Origin: an uncultured Sphingomonadales bacterium
GTDB taxonomy: Bacteria > Pseudomonadota > Alphaproteobacteria > Sphingomonadales > Sphingomonadaceae
Assembly (NCBI GenBank): GCA_937881525.1
Contig: CALGEE010000070.1
Coordinates: 1 to 52,510, forward strand
Reading direction: 5' to 3'
Length of the DNA: 52,510 nt
Positions 27,053 to 36,351 of this stretch are shown here, in pieces. The stretch's first letter is position 1, and each line of letters starts with the position of its first letter. Made by a program: the position numbers and the translations under genes. Under the pieces are notes generated by a model, which was not told the origin of the DNA, did no database searches, and saw only the letters and a program-made list of their open reading frames with translations.

Positions 27053-28419
27053 CGCATACCGATGCTATCCTCAATTTCGCTTCTGCGCCGCATGTGTTGC
27101 TGCCTGAAGTGCGCGCCGATGCCTTGCGCTTGCTTTCAGATACGCTGGCGGGGGGGGCAGCGGGGGCTGTTTCACCGGAAGCATTGGCGCTGTTGCCTGC
27201 GGTAACGAGCTGGGGCGGCAATGGTTCATCCCGCCTATTGCATACGCCCTATACCGTTAGTGCTGAGCCTGTCGAAGCACGGGCGTTTGCAAACCGTCCT
27301 TCGATAAGCTCAGGACTAACGGTTCGGGGTAACGGGATGTTGCTACCCGCGCCATCCGCCGCCTTCTTCAATGGCTTTGCTATTCATTGCCTCGAATGGG
27401 ATGCTGTGCACGAACCGGCTGTGGTGCACGCCTTATCGGTTGTAACTGCAGCGCTGCTGGCCGCGTCTGACCGGATGGATGGCTGCGATCCAGAGGCATT
27501 TTTGGCCGCACTTGCCGTGGGCGTCGATATAGCCAGCGGCGTTGGTCTTTCGGCAACAGGTCCGATGAAATTCTTCCGACCCGCCACGACAGGAGTTATC
27601 GGCGCGGCGCTAGCGGTCGCGCGGCTCGATGGGATGACGCGTTATCAAATGGCTGATGTCTTAGGCTTGGCATACAGTTTTGCGTGCGGCACGATGCAGG
27701 CGCATGTCGAGGCGTCGATTACGCTGCCCTTGCAGATTGGCAACGCAGCGCGCTCGGCGATTTCGGCGGTGGACTTGATCCGCGCTGGCATGAATGGCCC
27801 GAATGATGTGCTGGAAGGACCGTTCGGCTATTCCGCGCTGATCGAGCCGCTGGAACTCTCGCGCTACACTGGCAACCTCGGCAAGGTCTGGCGGATCAGC
27901 GAAGTGAGCATCAAGCCTTTCCCCTCAGGCCGTGCGAGCCATGGCGCTTTGGGGGCACTGCAGGATTTGCGTAATGAAGGCGGGGTGTTGCTCGATAGCG
28001 TTGCCAGCATCGAACTCTTTGCACCTCCGCTCATCTACCGACTGGTCGGGCGTCCTCACAAGCCCGACGCGCCGATGAGTTATAACCGCCTTTGCTTGGC
28101 TTTCCTCGCCGCGCTGATGTTGCGCGATGGCCATATCGACCCACGCCATAGCGAGACGATTCCATCGCTTGCGGATAATGTGATTGTCACGCTGGATGGG
28201 AATCCAGATGGTAATGCTCTTGTTCCCCAAAGACTGGTCGTAAAGCTGAACGATGGCACGACCATAGAACGCAAAATTGATGCCAATCTAGGCAGCCCAG
28301 ACGGGCCGATGACGCCGGCACAACTCGCATCCAAATATGATCTTTGCCGCGCACTCGCTGGTGACTGCGATCCGCGCATTTTCTGCGACCCTCTCTCTTA
28401 CGCAACGGACCCTAAATGA
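27049..28419 (+). CDS. MmgE/PrpD family protein, paralogue 2 (contains an in-frame repeat insertion)
   Basis: AAFFNGFAIHCLEWDAVH, GTMQAH, LEGPFG and IKPFPSGRASH motifs. ATGA-coupled start at 27049. Confidence 0.88.
   Translation: MTHTDAILNFASAPHVLLPEVRADALRLLSDTLAGGAAGAVSPEALALLPAVTSWGGNGSSRLLHTPYTVSAEPVEARAFANRPSISSGLTVRGNGMLLPAPSAAFFNGFAIHCLEWDAVHEPAVVHALSVVTAALLAASDRMDGCDPEAFLAALAVGVDIASGVGLSATGPMKFFRPATTGVIGAALAVARLDGMTRYQMADVLGLAYSFACGTMQAHVEASITLPLQIGNAARSAISAVDLIRAGMNGPNDVLEGPFGYSALIEPLELSRYTGNLGKVWRISEVSIKPFPSGRASHGALGALQDLRNEGGVLLDSVASIELFAPPLIYRLVGRPHKPDAPMSYNRLCLAFLAALMLRDGHIDPRHSETIPSLADNVIVTLDGNPDGNALVPQRLVVKLNDGTTIERKIDANLGSPDGPMTPAQLASKYDLCRALAGDCDPRIFCDPLSYATDPK
27253..27323. 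repeat. Palindromic REP/RPE-like element inserted in frame in a CDS
   Basis: Arms ACCGTTAGTGCTGAGCCTGTCGAAGCACGG (27253-27282) and CCGTCCTTCGATAAGCTCAGGACTAACGGT (27294-27323) are 26/30 complementary around an 11-nt loop. Confidence 0.8.
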
Positions 28420-29783
28420 GTTTTCCGAACTACTTCGAAGCCCTTGATATCCAGCAAATGCTGACAGACTATCCTGTCGGCGATGCCTTTGTTGCCCGCT
28501 ACAAGACGATGTCGCGCGACGAGCTTTTTGCTCTGCAAAATGCGCAATTCAAAAAGCTGATGTTGCGCGGTTGGGACGTGCCCTTTTACAAGCGGCTCTG
28601 GAGCGCGAGGGGGATCGAACCGGGCGACATCAAGGGCCTCGACGATATCACCAAATTGCCTGTTTACGACAAATCAGACCTGATGGCCTCGATTGCCGAC
28701 TTCCCGCCCTATGGCGATTTTGCAGGGCTTGGTGGGGGCGATCGTCCGCCTTCCATCCTGCACACAACCAGCGGCACTACAGGGCGTCCGCAGACATTGC
28801 TGTTCGGCCCCAAGGGCCGCGAGGTTGGCAATCTGCTGGTTGGCCGCATGTATCGCTGGCTTGGGTTGCAGCCTGATGACGTGGTTCATTCGGTCTATGG
28901 GCATGGCATGATCAATGGTGGCCATTATATCCGTGAGGCTGTGACGCATTTCACCAACTCGATCTTCCTGTCGGCTGGCACCGGAATCGAAACCCGTTCG
29001 GTCAATCAGGTTAATCTAATGGCCGATTTTGGCGTGACGGTGATGGTCGGCTTTGTCGATTATATCCGCAAGCTGGCCGAAGTGGCCGGGGCCGAAGGGT
29101 TGTTCGACCGGATTAAATTGCGGATGATCATTGGCCATCTGGGCACAGAAGACCGCGCCTCGACCGAGGCAGCATGGCATGGCGCCAAAGCCTATGACTG
29201 GTATGGCGTGGGCGATACCGGAAGCATCGCGGGCGAAGGGCCGGAGCGGAACGGGCTTTATGTCTGGGAAGACGCACAGTTTCTCGAACTGCTGGATGTC
29301 GATAGCGGTGCACCCGTTGCACAGGGCGACACGGGGGATATGGTTGTGACCTGCCTCTACAAGGATGATGTAGCGCCATGCATCCGTTTCAACACGCATG
29401 ACATCACTCATGAGCTGGATGGTCGCGGGGAGATTGCCTTCAAGCGCATCGCCGGGTTCAAGGGACGCAGCGACAATATGGTGAAGCTGCGCGGGATAAA
29501 TCTTTTCCCGCATGCGATTGGCGCGCTGATCGAGAACCGGAGGGACTTGACCGGCGAGTATGTCTGCACTGTGGAGCGCGATACCGCGACCCAGCGCGAT
29601 GATATGACGGTGCTGATCGAAAGTCGGGGCGGAACCGAAAAAGCTGATATTGCCGAAATATTGCGTCGCGGCTTAGGGGTCGATGTGCTCGTCGAGCTTT
29701 GCGCGCCGGGCGAGACAGCCGCGCTGACGCAAATTGATGTGCGTCAAAAGCCAATCCGCCTGATTGACAAAAGAGGCCTATGA
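28416..29783 (+). CDS. Phenylacetate-CoA ligase (PaaK)-like AMP-forming acyl-CoA ligase
   Basis: P-loop HTTSGTTGRP, DWYGVGD, IRFNTHD and GRSDNMVKLRGINLFP motifs. Confidence 0.9.
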   Translation: MSFPNYFEALDIQQMLTDYPVGDAFVARYKTMSRDELFALQNAQFKKLMLRGWDVPFYKRLWSARGIEPGDIKGLDDITKLPVYDKSDLMASIADFPPYGDFAGLGGGDRPPSILHTTSGTTGRPQTLLFGPKGREVGNLLVGRMYRWLGLQPDDVVHSVYGHGMINGGHYIREAVTHFTNSIFLSAGTGIETRSVNQVNLMADFGVTVMVGFVDYIRKLAEVAGAEGLFDRIKLRMIIGHLGTEDRASTEAAWHGAKAYDWYGVGDTGSIAGEGPERNGLYVWEDAQFLELLDVDSGAPVAQGDTGDMVVTCLYKDDVAPCIRFNTHDITHELDGRGEIAFKRIAGFKGRSDNMVKLRGINLFPHAIGALIENRRDLTGEYVCTVERDTATQRDDMTVLIESRGGTEKADIAEILRRGLGVDVLVELCAPGETAALTQIDVRQKPIRLIDKRGL

Positions 29784-30970
29784 TCGATTTCGACGCCCTT
29801 GTTCGCGCCAATGCGCCGCTCAACGCCTTTACCGATTTTGATGGGTCGGCGGAAGGTGGGGGGGGAGCGCTTGCCGGCCTGACGGTGGGTGTGAAGGCTA
29901 ATATTGCCGTGGCAGGGATGCCATGGACGGCAGGTTGTGAGGTTTATAGGGGCCGAGTAGCGCCCAAGGATGCGGCCGTGGTTACGAAATTGCGTGCAGC
30001 GGGGGCTGCCATCATTGGCATGCTCAACATGGAAGAAGCGGCGCTTGGTGCGAAGACCGACAATCCATGGTTCGGCAAGACCCAGAATCCTCACAAGACT
30101 GGTTACACGCCTGGCGGTTCTTCAGGTGGCAGCGGTTCTGCGGTCGCAGCCGGACTGTGCGACATAGCGCTGGGAACGGACACCATGGGTTCAGTGCGCA
30201 TCCCGGCGGCCTATTGCGGGGTTTACGGGTTCAAGCCAGCGCAGACATCAGTCAGTCAGGAAGGGCTGGAGCTGGCCGAGGAATGGCTCGATTGTATCGG
30301 CCCGCTGGCACGCAGCCTCGATCTGCTCGAAAGCGCTGCCCGCGTGATGACCGATTTTGGCGATGGCGATGCTGCCAGCGGTCCTTTGGTAACGCTTGCG
30401 GAAACTGGGGTCGACTGCGAGCTAGAAGTAATCGAGAAATTCCGCGATGTCATCCGACTTGCAGGCAGCGAGATCGCCGTGGCGCAGCTCGCACATCCGC
30501 TTTCGCGCATCCGCTTTGCTGGGTTCATCAAGACCTCCAAAGCCATGGCCGCCCATTTTGCCGATGCCGGTCAGGACAAGCTGTCGGCCAATCTGCAAAA
30601 GCTGCTGACCTATGGACCCAAGCGCAGCGATGCCGACTGGGCCGAGGATCAGGCGATCCTCGCCGAAACCGCACAGGCGGTGCAGGATATCGTCGCCAAA
30701 CACGCTGCCATAATCCTGCCTACTGCGCCACAGGGCGCTTTCTCGCATAGCGAGGATGCACCGGCCAATCAGGCAGATTACACTTGCCTTGCCAATATCG
30801 CGAACTTGCCTGCGATCAGCCTGCCGATGGGCGTGGATGATGCGGGGATGCCGCTGGGCCTGCAAATTGTCGGGCGCACTGGCCACGAAGCGGATTTGTT
30901 CCAACTGGCGCGGGAATTTGATGCTAAGCTTCAGGCCTATCGCCGCCCCGACCATTTTCTGGCAAAGTAA
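29780..30970 (+). CDS. Amidase-signature family amidase
   Basis: VGVKAN, PGGSSGGSGSAVAAG and LGTDTMGSVRIPAAYCG (Ser-cisSer-Lys triad). Confidence 0.93.
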   Translation: MIDFDALVRANAPLNAFTDFDGSAEGGGGALAGLTVGVKANIAVAGMPWTAGCEVYRGRVAPKDAAVVTKLRAAGAAIIGMLNMEEAALGAKTDNPWFGKTQNPHKTGYTPGGSSGGSGSAVAAGLCDIALGTDTMGSVRIPAAYCGVYGFKPAQTSVSQEGLELAEEWLDCIGPLARSLDLLESAARVMTDFGDGDAASGPLVTLAETGVDCELEVIEKFRDVIRLAGSEIAVAQLAHPLSRIRFAGFIKTSKAMAAHFADAGQDKLSANLQKLLTYGPKRSDADWAEDQAILAETAQAVQDIVAKHAAIILPTAPQGAFSHSEDAPANQADYTCLANIANLPAISLPMGVDDAGMPLGLQIVGRTGHEADLFQLAREFDAKLQAYRRPDHFLAK

Positions 30971-30985
30971 CAAGAGGAGAGAGCC

Positions 30986-31291
30986 ATGCGCATCATCGTT
31001 TATTTCAAGCTGAAGGCCGGCGCGTCCATTGCGGACTATGAAAATTGGGCGAAGACCCGCGACATTCCCGGCGTCAACGCGCTGGGTTCGATCAATGGCT
31101 TCACCATCCACAAGGCGACGGGCGTGTTCGGCTCAGACGAAAAGCCGGAATATGACTATTTTGAAATCATCGACATCACCACCATCGATAAATTTGTCGC
31201 CGACATCTCGACTGCGGAATTCCAAACCGCCGCCGCGCCGTTCCAGGATTATGCCGACAATCCCAAATTCTTGCTGACCGAGGATCTCTAA
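30986..31291 (+). CDS. RedY/HapK(PigK)-like small dimeric alpha/beta-barrel protein
   Basis: IIVYFKLKAGASIADYENWAKTRDIPGVNALGSI...YDYFEIIDI pattern, recognised from memory. Strong GAGGAG RBS. Confidence 0.7.
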   Translation: MRIIVYFKLKAGASIADYENWAKTRDIPGVNALGSINGFTIHKATGVFGSDEKPEYDYFEIIDITTIDKFVADISTAEFQTAAAPFQDYADNPKFLLTEDL

Positions 31292-31295
31292 AGCC

Positions 31296-32099
31296 ATGGC
31301 GGACAAGTTTTCCGGCAAGACCATCGTCGTCACTGGCTCCGGTAAGGAAAAGGGATTAGGCCAAGGGGTATTGCAGGCTTTTGCGAGCGAGGGCGCCAAT
31401 TGCGTCGTCTCCGACCTCAGCATCGACGCCGAAGCCGAAGGCGTTGCCGCTGAGTTGCGCGGGCGCGGTGCTAAGGTCGCGACCATTGCCTGTGATGTAT
31501 CCGATGCCACGCAGTGCAAGGCGCTGGTCGATCAGGCGACGGCCGAATTTGGCGGCATTGATATCTTCGTCAATAATGCAGGCATCGGCTTTCTGATGAA
31601 GCCATTGCTGGAGGTTGATACCGCAAAGGAATGGGACCGCGTCATTTCGGTCAATCTCTCGGGCGCTTTCTATTGCACACAGGCGGCAGCGAAGGCGATG
31701 GTGGCCGCAGGCAAAGGCGGGCGCATCATCAACATCGCCTCGCAAGCCGCCAAAACCGGCTTTCCGCATCTGCCCGCTTATGTTTCCTCCAAACATGGCA
31801 TGGTTGGCCTGACGCGTGCATCGGCACTTGAGCTTGGCGCGCATGGCATTACCGTCAATGCCATTTGCCCTAACCATGTGACTACGGGATTAGGCGCGCA
31901 GCAGAATGAATATTTCTCCAAGCTGCTCGGCTTTGAAACGGTCGAGGCCTATGTCGCCAATATGAGCGCGAAGAACCCGATGGGGCGGCCCGGCCTGCCA
32001 TCTGACACCGCAGCAGCCTGCCTTTGGCTCGCAAGCGATGACGCCTTTTATGTGACCGGCGAGGCCCTCAACGTCTCCGGCGGGGAGGAAATGCACTGA
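31296..32099 (+). CDS. Short-chain dehydrogenase/reductase (SDR)
   Basis: VTGSGKEKGLG, NNAG, NIAS and YVSSKHG motifs. Confidence 0.93.
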   Translation: MADKFSGKTIVVTGSGKEKGLGQGVLQAFASEGANCVVSDLSIDAEAEGVAAELRGRGAKVATIACDVSDATQCKALVDQATAEFGGIDIFVNNAGIGFLMKPLLEVDTAKEWDRVISVNLSGAFYCTQAAAKAMVAAGKGGRIINIASQAAKTGFPHLPAYVSSKHGMVGLTRASALELGAHGITVNAICPNHVTTGLGAQQNEYFSKLLGFETVEAYVANMSAKNPMGRPGLPSDTAAACLWLASDDAFYVTGEALNVSGGEEMH

Positions 32100-32965
32100 T
32101 GCGCGAAGAACGGATCTACTGGCCGAACGGCGCAAAAATGGCGCTCAGCATTGTCGTCAATGTCGAGGAAGGCAGCGAGATGACCGTCGCGCGCGGCGAC
32201 CGCGGGATGGAGCCGGTTGACGAACTGGGCATCCACATCAAATCACCAATCCGCAATTATGGCAACGAGAGCAACTATCTCTATGGCATTAAGGCAGGCG
32301 CGCCTCGCATCGTGAAGCTGCTTAAGGCCTATGACATCATGGCCAGCTGGACAGTTGCCGCGCTGTCCTTAGAAAACCATCCGGAAATTGGTGCCGCCAT
32401 AGCGGAGATGGAGCATGAACCAGTCAGTCATGGCTATCGTTGGGTGCATCAATTCAAGATGGATGAGGCCACCGAGCGTGACTTTATCCGCAAGGCTGTA
32501 ACCTCTATCGAGAAAACGACTGGCACGCGGCCTTACGGCTGGCTCTCGCGCTATTTCCACACTGACAATACACGCCGACTGCTGATCGAAGAAGGCTTCG
32601 ATTATCATATGGACAATTATTCGGGCGATATTCCCTTTTGGGACAGGGAGACGTTGCCAGGCAAACCGATTGCCATCGTGCCTTATCAGCTCGACAATAA
32701 TGACATGAAAATGTGGACTGACCCGGCGATGACGCCCGAGCAATGGCTGGCTTATGCCAAGCATAATTTCGATCAGGTTTACCGCGAAGGCGAAGAGGGC
32801 AGTCCCAAAATGATGAGCCTTGGGCTGCATTTGCGGATTATCGGCAGGCCTGGCCGGATTTGGGCGCTGGAGGAGTTTTTCCAGCATGTCCGTAAGCATT
32901 CGGATGTCTGGATCACGACGCGGCACCAGATTGCGAAGCATCTCGCGGTGGTAGATCCCGCATGA
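32099..32965 (+). CDS. Polysaccharide deacetylase family, PuuE/allantoinase-like, paralogue 3
   Basis: WPNGAKMALSIVVNVEEG, ESNYLYG, SHGYRW and MMSLGLHLRIIGRPGR motifs. Confidence 0.88.
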   Translation: MREERIYWPNGAKMALSIVVNVEEGSEMTVARGDRGMEPVDELGIHIKSPIRNYGNESNYLYGIKAGAPRIVKLLKAYDIMASWTVAALSLENHPEIGAAIAEMEHEPVSHGYRWVHQFKMDEATERDFIRKAVTSIEKTTGTRPYGWLSRYFHTDNTRRLLIEEGFDYHMDNYSGDIPFWDRETLPGKPIAIVPYQLDNNDMKMWTDPAMTPEQWLAYAKHNFDQVYREGEEGSPKMMSLGLHLRIIGRPGRIWALEEFFQHVRKHSDVWITTRHQIAKHLAVVDPA

Positions 32966-33729
32966 CCCTGCACCTGGACAAAGACGGGAAAATTGCGCAT
33001 TTGGTCATTGACCGGCCCGACAAGCGTAATGCTTTTAATCAGGAGATGTGGGATTTCTTCCCCTTGCTGCTCGCTGACGCGATGGCTGATGACGCCATCC
33101 GCGTGATGATCATGCATGCGAGCCAAAGGGACAGCGCCTTTTGTGCAGGCGCGGACATTGCCGAATTCGGCGCAGGCGCGCAGGACCCTGCATGGCGCGC
33201 CGCCAATCAGGCTTCGATCAACAAGTTGCAACACGCACTGGCCCGCGCACCCAAGCCAACCATCGCAATTGTTGACGGCGATTGTGTCGGCGGCGGTTGC
33301 GGCCTTGCGATGGCGTGCGATTTCCGCATCGCCGGGCCAGCCGCACGCTTTGGTATTACGCCTGCCAAGCTGGGTCTTGTCTATCCGCTGCATGACACCA
33401 AGCTGCTGGTCGATCTGGTTGGCCCGTCGCAGGCGAAGCGACTGCTCTATACGGCGGCCTTGATCTCTGCCGCTGAGGCGGAAAAAATCGGGCTGGTCAC
33501 GACGCTTGCCGATCAACCTTATGATGCGGCGATGCAGCTTGCGACACAAATGGCCGAGGTGTCGGGGCAAAGCCAAATGCTCTCCAAAAGGCAAATCCAG
33601 CGCATATTGGACGGGCAGGCGCATGATGATGCAGAGACGCTCGCCGAGTTCAGTAACGCCTTTGACAGCGCCGATTTCAAGGAAGGCGTCAGTGCGTTTC
33701 TTGCCAAGCGGAAGCCGGAGTTCAAATGA
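32962..33729 (+). CDS. Enoyl-CoA hydratase/isomerase (crotonase) family
   Basis: RPDKRNA, FCAGADI and CVGGGCGLAMACDFRIA motifs. Confidence 0.93.
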   Translation: MTLHLDKDGKIAHLVIDRPDKRNAFNQEMWDFFPLLLADAMADDAIRVMIMHASQRDSAFCAGADIAEFGAGAQDPAWRAANQASINKLQHALARAPKPTIAIVDGDCVGGGCGLAMACDFRIAGPAARFGITPAKLGLVYPLHDTKLLVDLVGPSQAKRLLYTAALISAAEAEKIGLVTTLADQPYDAAMQLATQMAEVSGQSQMLSKRQIQRILDGQAHDDAETLAEFSNAFDSADFKEGVSAFLAKRKPEFK

Positions 33730-34628
33730 GCGAGCCCATCCAGCATGGCAGCATCATTGGCGGCGTTGTGGCTACGCCCGATCTAGATGCGGCACTGACC
33801 GACTATCAGGGCAAGTTGGGCTTTACCTTTTTAGAGCAAGGCGTCGTTCCCGAAGAACTTGCCCGCGCTTGGAACATTGCAGGCCTCGCGGGCAAGCGCA
33901 TGGCAACGCTGCAGCCAACCAGCGGCGCGCATTGCTTGATCCGGCTGATCGAGCAGCCGATTCCCAACGATTTCGTGCCAACGACAACCTACGGCTGGAC
34001 ATCCTATGAAATCACCGTGCAGGATGTGTTTGGTTGGCCCGCGAAAATAGAAGGCAGCGGCTTCGACATTATCGGCCCGCCGAAAGAGATTCCGGGGCTC
34101 CCCTATTTTGTTGCGATGCAGGTGCATGGGCGCGGCAAGGAAATGCTCTATTTCAACGAGACGCGTTCGGCCACGCCATCAAACGACCTGCCCTTCGCAA
34201 ACTCGCCGATGGACCATATCTTCATCGTCATTCTCGCCACGCCTGACCGCGAGGCGACTGTCGCCTGGTATAGGGACGTGCTCCATCTCGATGTTGGAGA
34301 TACCTACACCATCTCTTATTCGATGATAAACAACGCCTTTGGCTTGCCGTCGGACAATATGTCATCGCTAACCATGGTGCAAAATGGGCGGATGCCAATT
34401 GTCGAGATTGACGACTACCCGCCCCAAACCAAGCTACGCCGGGCCGACCCCGGCTGCCTGCCACCGGGCAATAGCCTCGTTACGCTGATAGTCGATAGTC
34501 TCGACGCGATTGAAACGGATTGGATCGGCCGGCCTGCGTATCTCCGCGGTCCACTTTATGCCGGAAGCCGTTCGGCGACCGTTTTGGGCCCCGCAGGTGA
34601 ACTGCTGGAGCTCGTCGAGCGCGCCTGA
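33726..34628 (+). CDS. Two-domain VOC/glyoxalase-family protein
   Basis: Repeated ATPDLDAALTDY / ATPDREATVAWY units and C-terminal GPAGELLELVE. Confidence 0.8.
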   Translation: MSEPIQHGSIIGGVVATPDLDAALTDYQGKLGFTFLEQGVVPEELARAWNIAGLAGKRMATLQPTSGAHCLIRLIEQPIPNDFVPTTTYGWTSYEITVQDVFGWPAKIEGSGFDIIGPPKEIPGLPYFVAMQVHGRGKEMLYFNETRSATPSNDLPFANSPMDHIFIVILATPDREATVAWYRDVLHLDVGDTYTISYSMINNAFGLPSDNMSSLTMVQNGRMPIVEIDDYPPQTKLRRADPGCLPPGNSLVTLIVDSLDAIETDWIGRPAYLRGPLYAGSRSATVLGPAGELLELVERA

Positions 34629-35222
34629 TTATTTCCGGTGCTGCCCGGCCTGCCATTGGCTTTCATCAAACAGGCTTGAGGCGCTATTGAAGGGTTTGTC
34701 CTCCAGCGCAGTCGCCAGACTGTCATTCCAGCGATTGAGAAAGCCGAACATCGAAATCACTGCCATGATCTCTGTCATTTCCCGCGCGGTGTAATAGTTC
34801 GACAGCCGCTCAAAATGCGCATCGGTGACGGCGCTGGGCGTCTGCCCCGCCGCGAAAGCCACATCAAGCGCGGCGCGTTCGGCATCGGAGAAGAGATCGC
34901 TGGTCTGATAGCTCCAGACAGCCTTCACCTTCTCCTCATCAACGCCCAGATCAATCGCGCCCAGCGTCGTGTGCGCCTTGCAATATTGGCAGCCAGCGGC
35001 AGCGCTTGTCACTGCACCGATCAGGCGCTTCGTTCCGTCATCAATGGCGCTTTCGCCGTAAATCACGCTGACTAACCCGCGAAAGGCGCCGAGCAATTCC
35101 GGCCAATGCGCCATAGTCATAACTGAATTGGGGACGTAGCCCATTAGCTGCTTTGAGAACTCCAATGCCGTTTGGGTTTCGGCAGGGAGCTCTTCTGTCG
35201 TCAGAGGTTTGATTCGTATCAT
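34629..35222 (-). CDS. Carboxymuconolactone decarboxylase / AhpD-like peroxidase-related protein
   Basis: GYVPNS, AGCQYCKAH (CxxC..H), SDAERAAL and FGFLNRWND motifs. Confidence 0.88.
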   Translation of the reverse strand: MIRIKPLTTEELPAETQTALEFSKQLMGYVPNSVMTMAHWPELLGAFRGLVSVIYGESAIDDGTKRLIGAVTSAAAGCQYCKAHTTLGAIDLGVDEEKVKAVWSYQTSDLFSDAERAALDVAFAAGQTPSAVTDAHFERLSNYYTAREMTEIMAVISMFGFLNRWNDSLATALEDKPFNSASSLFDESQWQAGQHRK

Positions 35223-35250
35223 GTTTATCGTCCGCCGTTGCGTCTATTGA

Positions 35251-35553
35251 CTACCATATCTTGCCGCCAATCCATTCGCCAGCGGCCGGCATGAACTCAT
35301 CGATCTCGATGCTCTCCCAAAATCCGGCGGCGAAATAGGGATCGCGCTCTATAAAGCCCCAAGCATCGTCGGCATCAATCGCTTTGAGGATCAGCAACGA
35401 ACCGACAATATTGCCATCGGTATCCTTGATCGGACCAGCCACCAGATATTGATCCAGATGGTCTTCCACATTTTTCAGATGCCCGGGGGTTGCCGCTTTC
35501 CTGACATCTACGCTTCCGGGCCTGTCGCGGCAATAGATGGCATATGCCTTCAT
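35251..35553 (-). CDS. YciI-family protein
   Basis: CRDRPG...R...H, VAGP, GSLLI and DPYFAAG motifs. Confidence 0.88.
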   Translation of the reverse strand: MKAYAIYCRDRPGSVDVRKAATPGHLKNVEDHLDQYLVAGPIKDTDGNIVGSLLILKAIDADDAWGFIERDPYFAAGFWESIEIDEFMPAAGEWIGGKIW

Positions 35554-36351
35554 TTATGGTTGATCCAGAAACCGGATGATTTCCTTTGCGGTCTCCGCGG
35601 CCAATTGATCGAGCACGCCTTTGATAATATCTAGCCGTTCAACAAGCTTGGCACCCGGTATATTGGCGGCGGCCCATCGTGTTGCTTCCAGCAAGTCAGA
35701 TTGGCTGGCGAGCACCAACGTCTCATGGCTTATCTGAGGCATTCGGCCATAGACGTCATAAGTAAAAGCCGCATCAAACGAGGCATGCATATCCCGACCA
35801 GCCCGCAATTGTTCGGCAAACATCTCCAGTGCGCGGGCAGGGCCTTGGGCCTCTAGCCGGGTGATGATACCCCGCTTCCAGGGCTTTTCGAGACACTCTT
35901 TATCATCGCTGATTTCAAATGGCTGCGCAGACATAGCACGGTATTTTGCGCTGGTTTCGGCATTGAATGCCGGCACGTCCGCAAGCGCCAGTTTACGGAT
36001 ACGGTGGGATGCCATCAATGACATTTCGCCAGCAACCAGATTGCCAGTGTGAAAGCCGGTTAGATCAACCGTCCCGCCGCGCGTCAGATCATCCATGACG
36101 GCGAGCATCGCTTCGGCATATTCGGAAATGGACGGATGCGCTTTGAACGGATCGGAGCCGCCATAGCCGGGATAATCGGGCGCAATCACCCGGCGGTTCT
36201 GCGCCAGCATTGGCATGACGTTGGTATAGGCGAGCCCGCTAAATGGGCTGGGATGAAGGCAATAGAGATCCGGCATTGTCGCCTCTCCTACCGCATCCAT
36301 CATGCGCCAATGGATTTGTCCGAACGGGCCGTCGGTATAGCCTTTCCTCAT
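35554..36351 (-). CDS. Alpha/beta-hydrolase fold protein (elbow GFHTG)
   Basis: GQIHWR, LHPSPFSG, APDYPGYGGSD and TGFHTGN motifs. Confidence 0.85.
   Translation of the reverse strand: MRKGYTDGPFGQIHWRMMDAVGEATMPDLYCLHPSPFSGLAYTNVMPMLAQNRRVIAPDYPGYGGSDPFKAHPSISEYAEAMLAVMDDLTRGGTVDLTGFHTGNLVAGEMSLMASHRIRKLALADVPAFNAETSAKYRAMSAQPFEISDDKECLEKPWKRGIITRLEAQGPARALEMFAEQLRAGRDMHASFDAAFTYDVYGRMPQISHETLVLASQSDLLEATRWAAANIPGAKLVERLDIIKGVLDQLAAETAKEIIRFLDQP

Noticed and set aside
28416-32099. Prodigiosin-like biosynthetic cluster, suggested by the HapK-like gene, AMP ligase, acyl-CoA dehydrogenase and methyltransferase
   Set aside because: No carrier proteins, ketosynthases, PigC-like condensing enzyme or PPTase are visible. 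The TBDR and repressor logic fit uptake and catabolism better.
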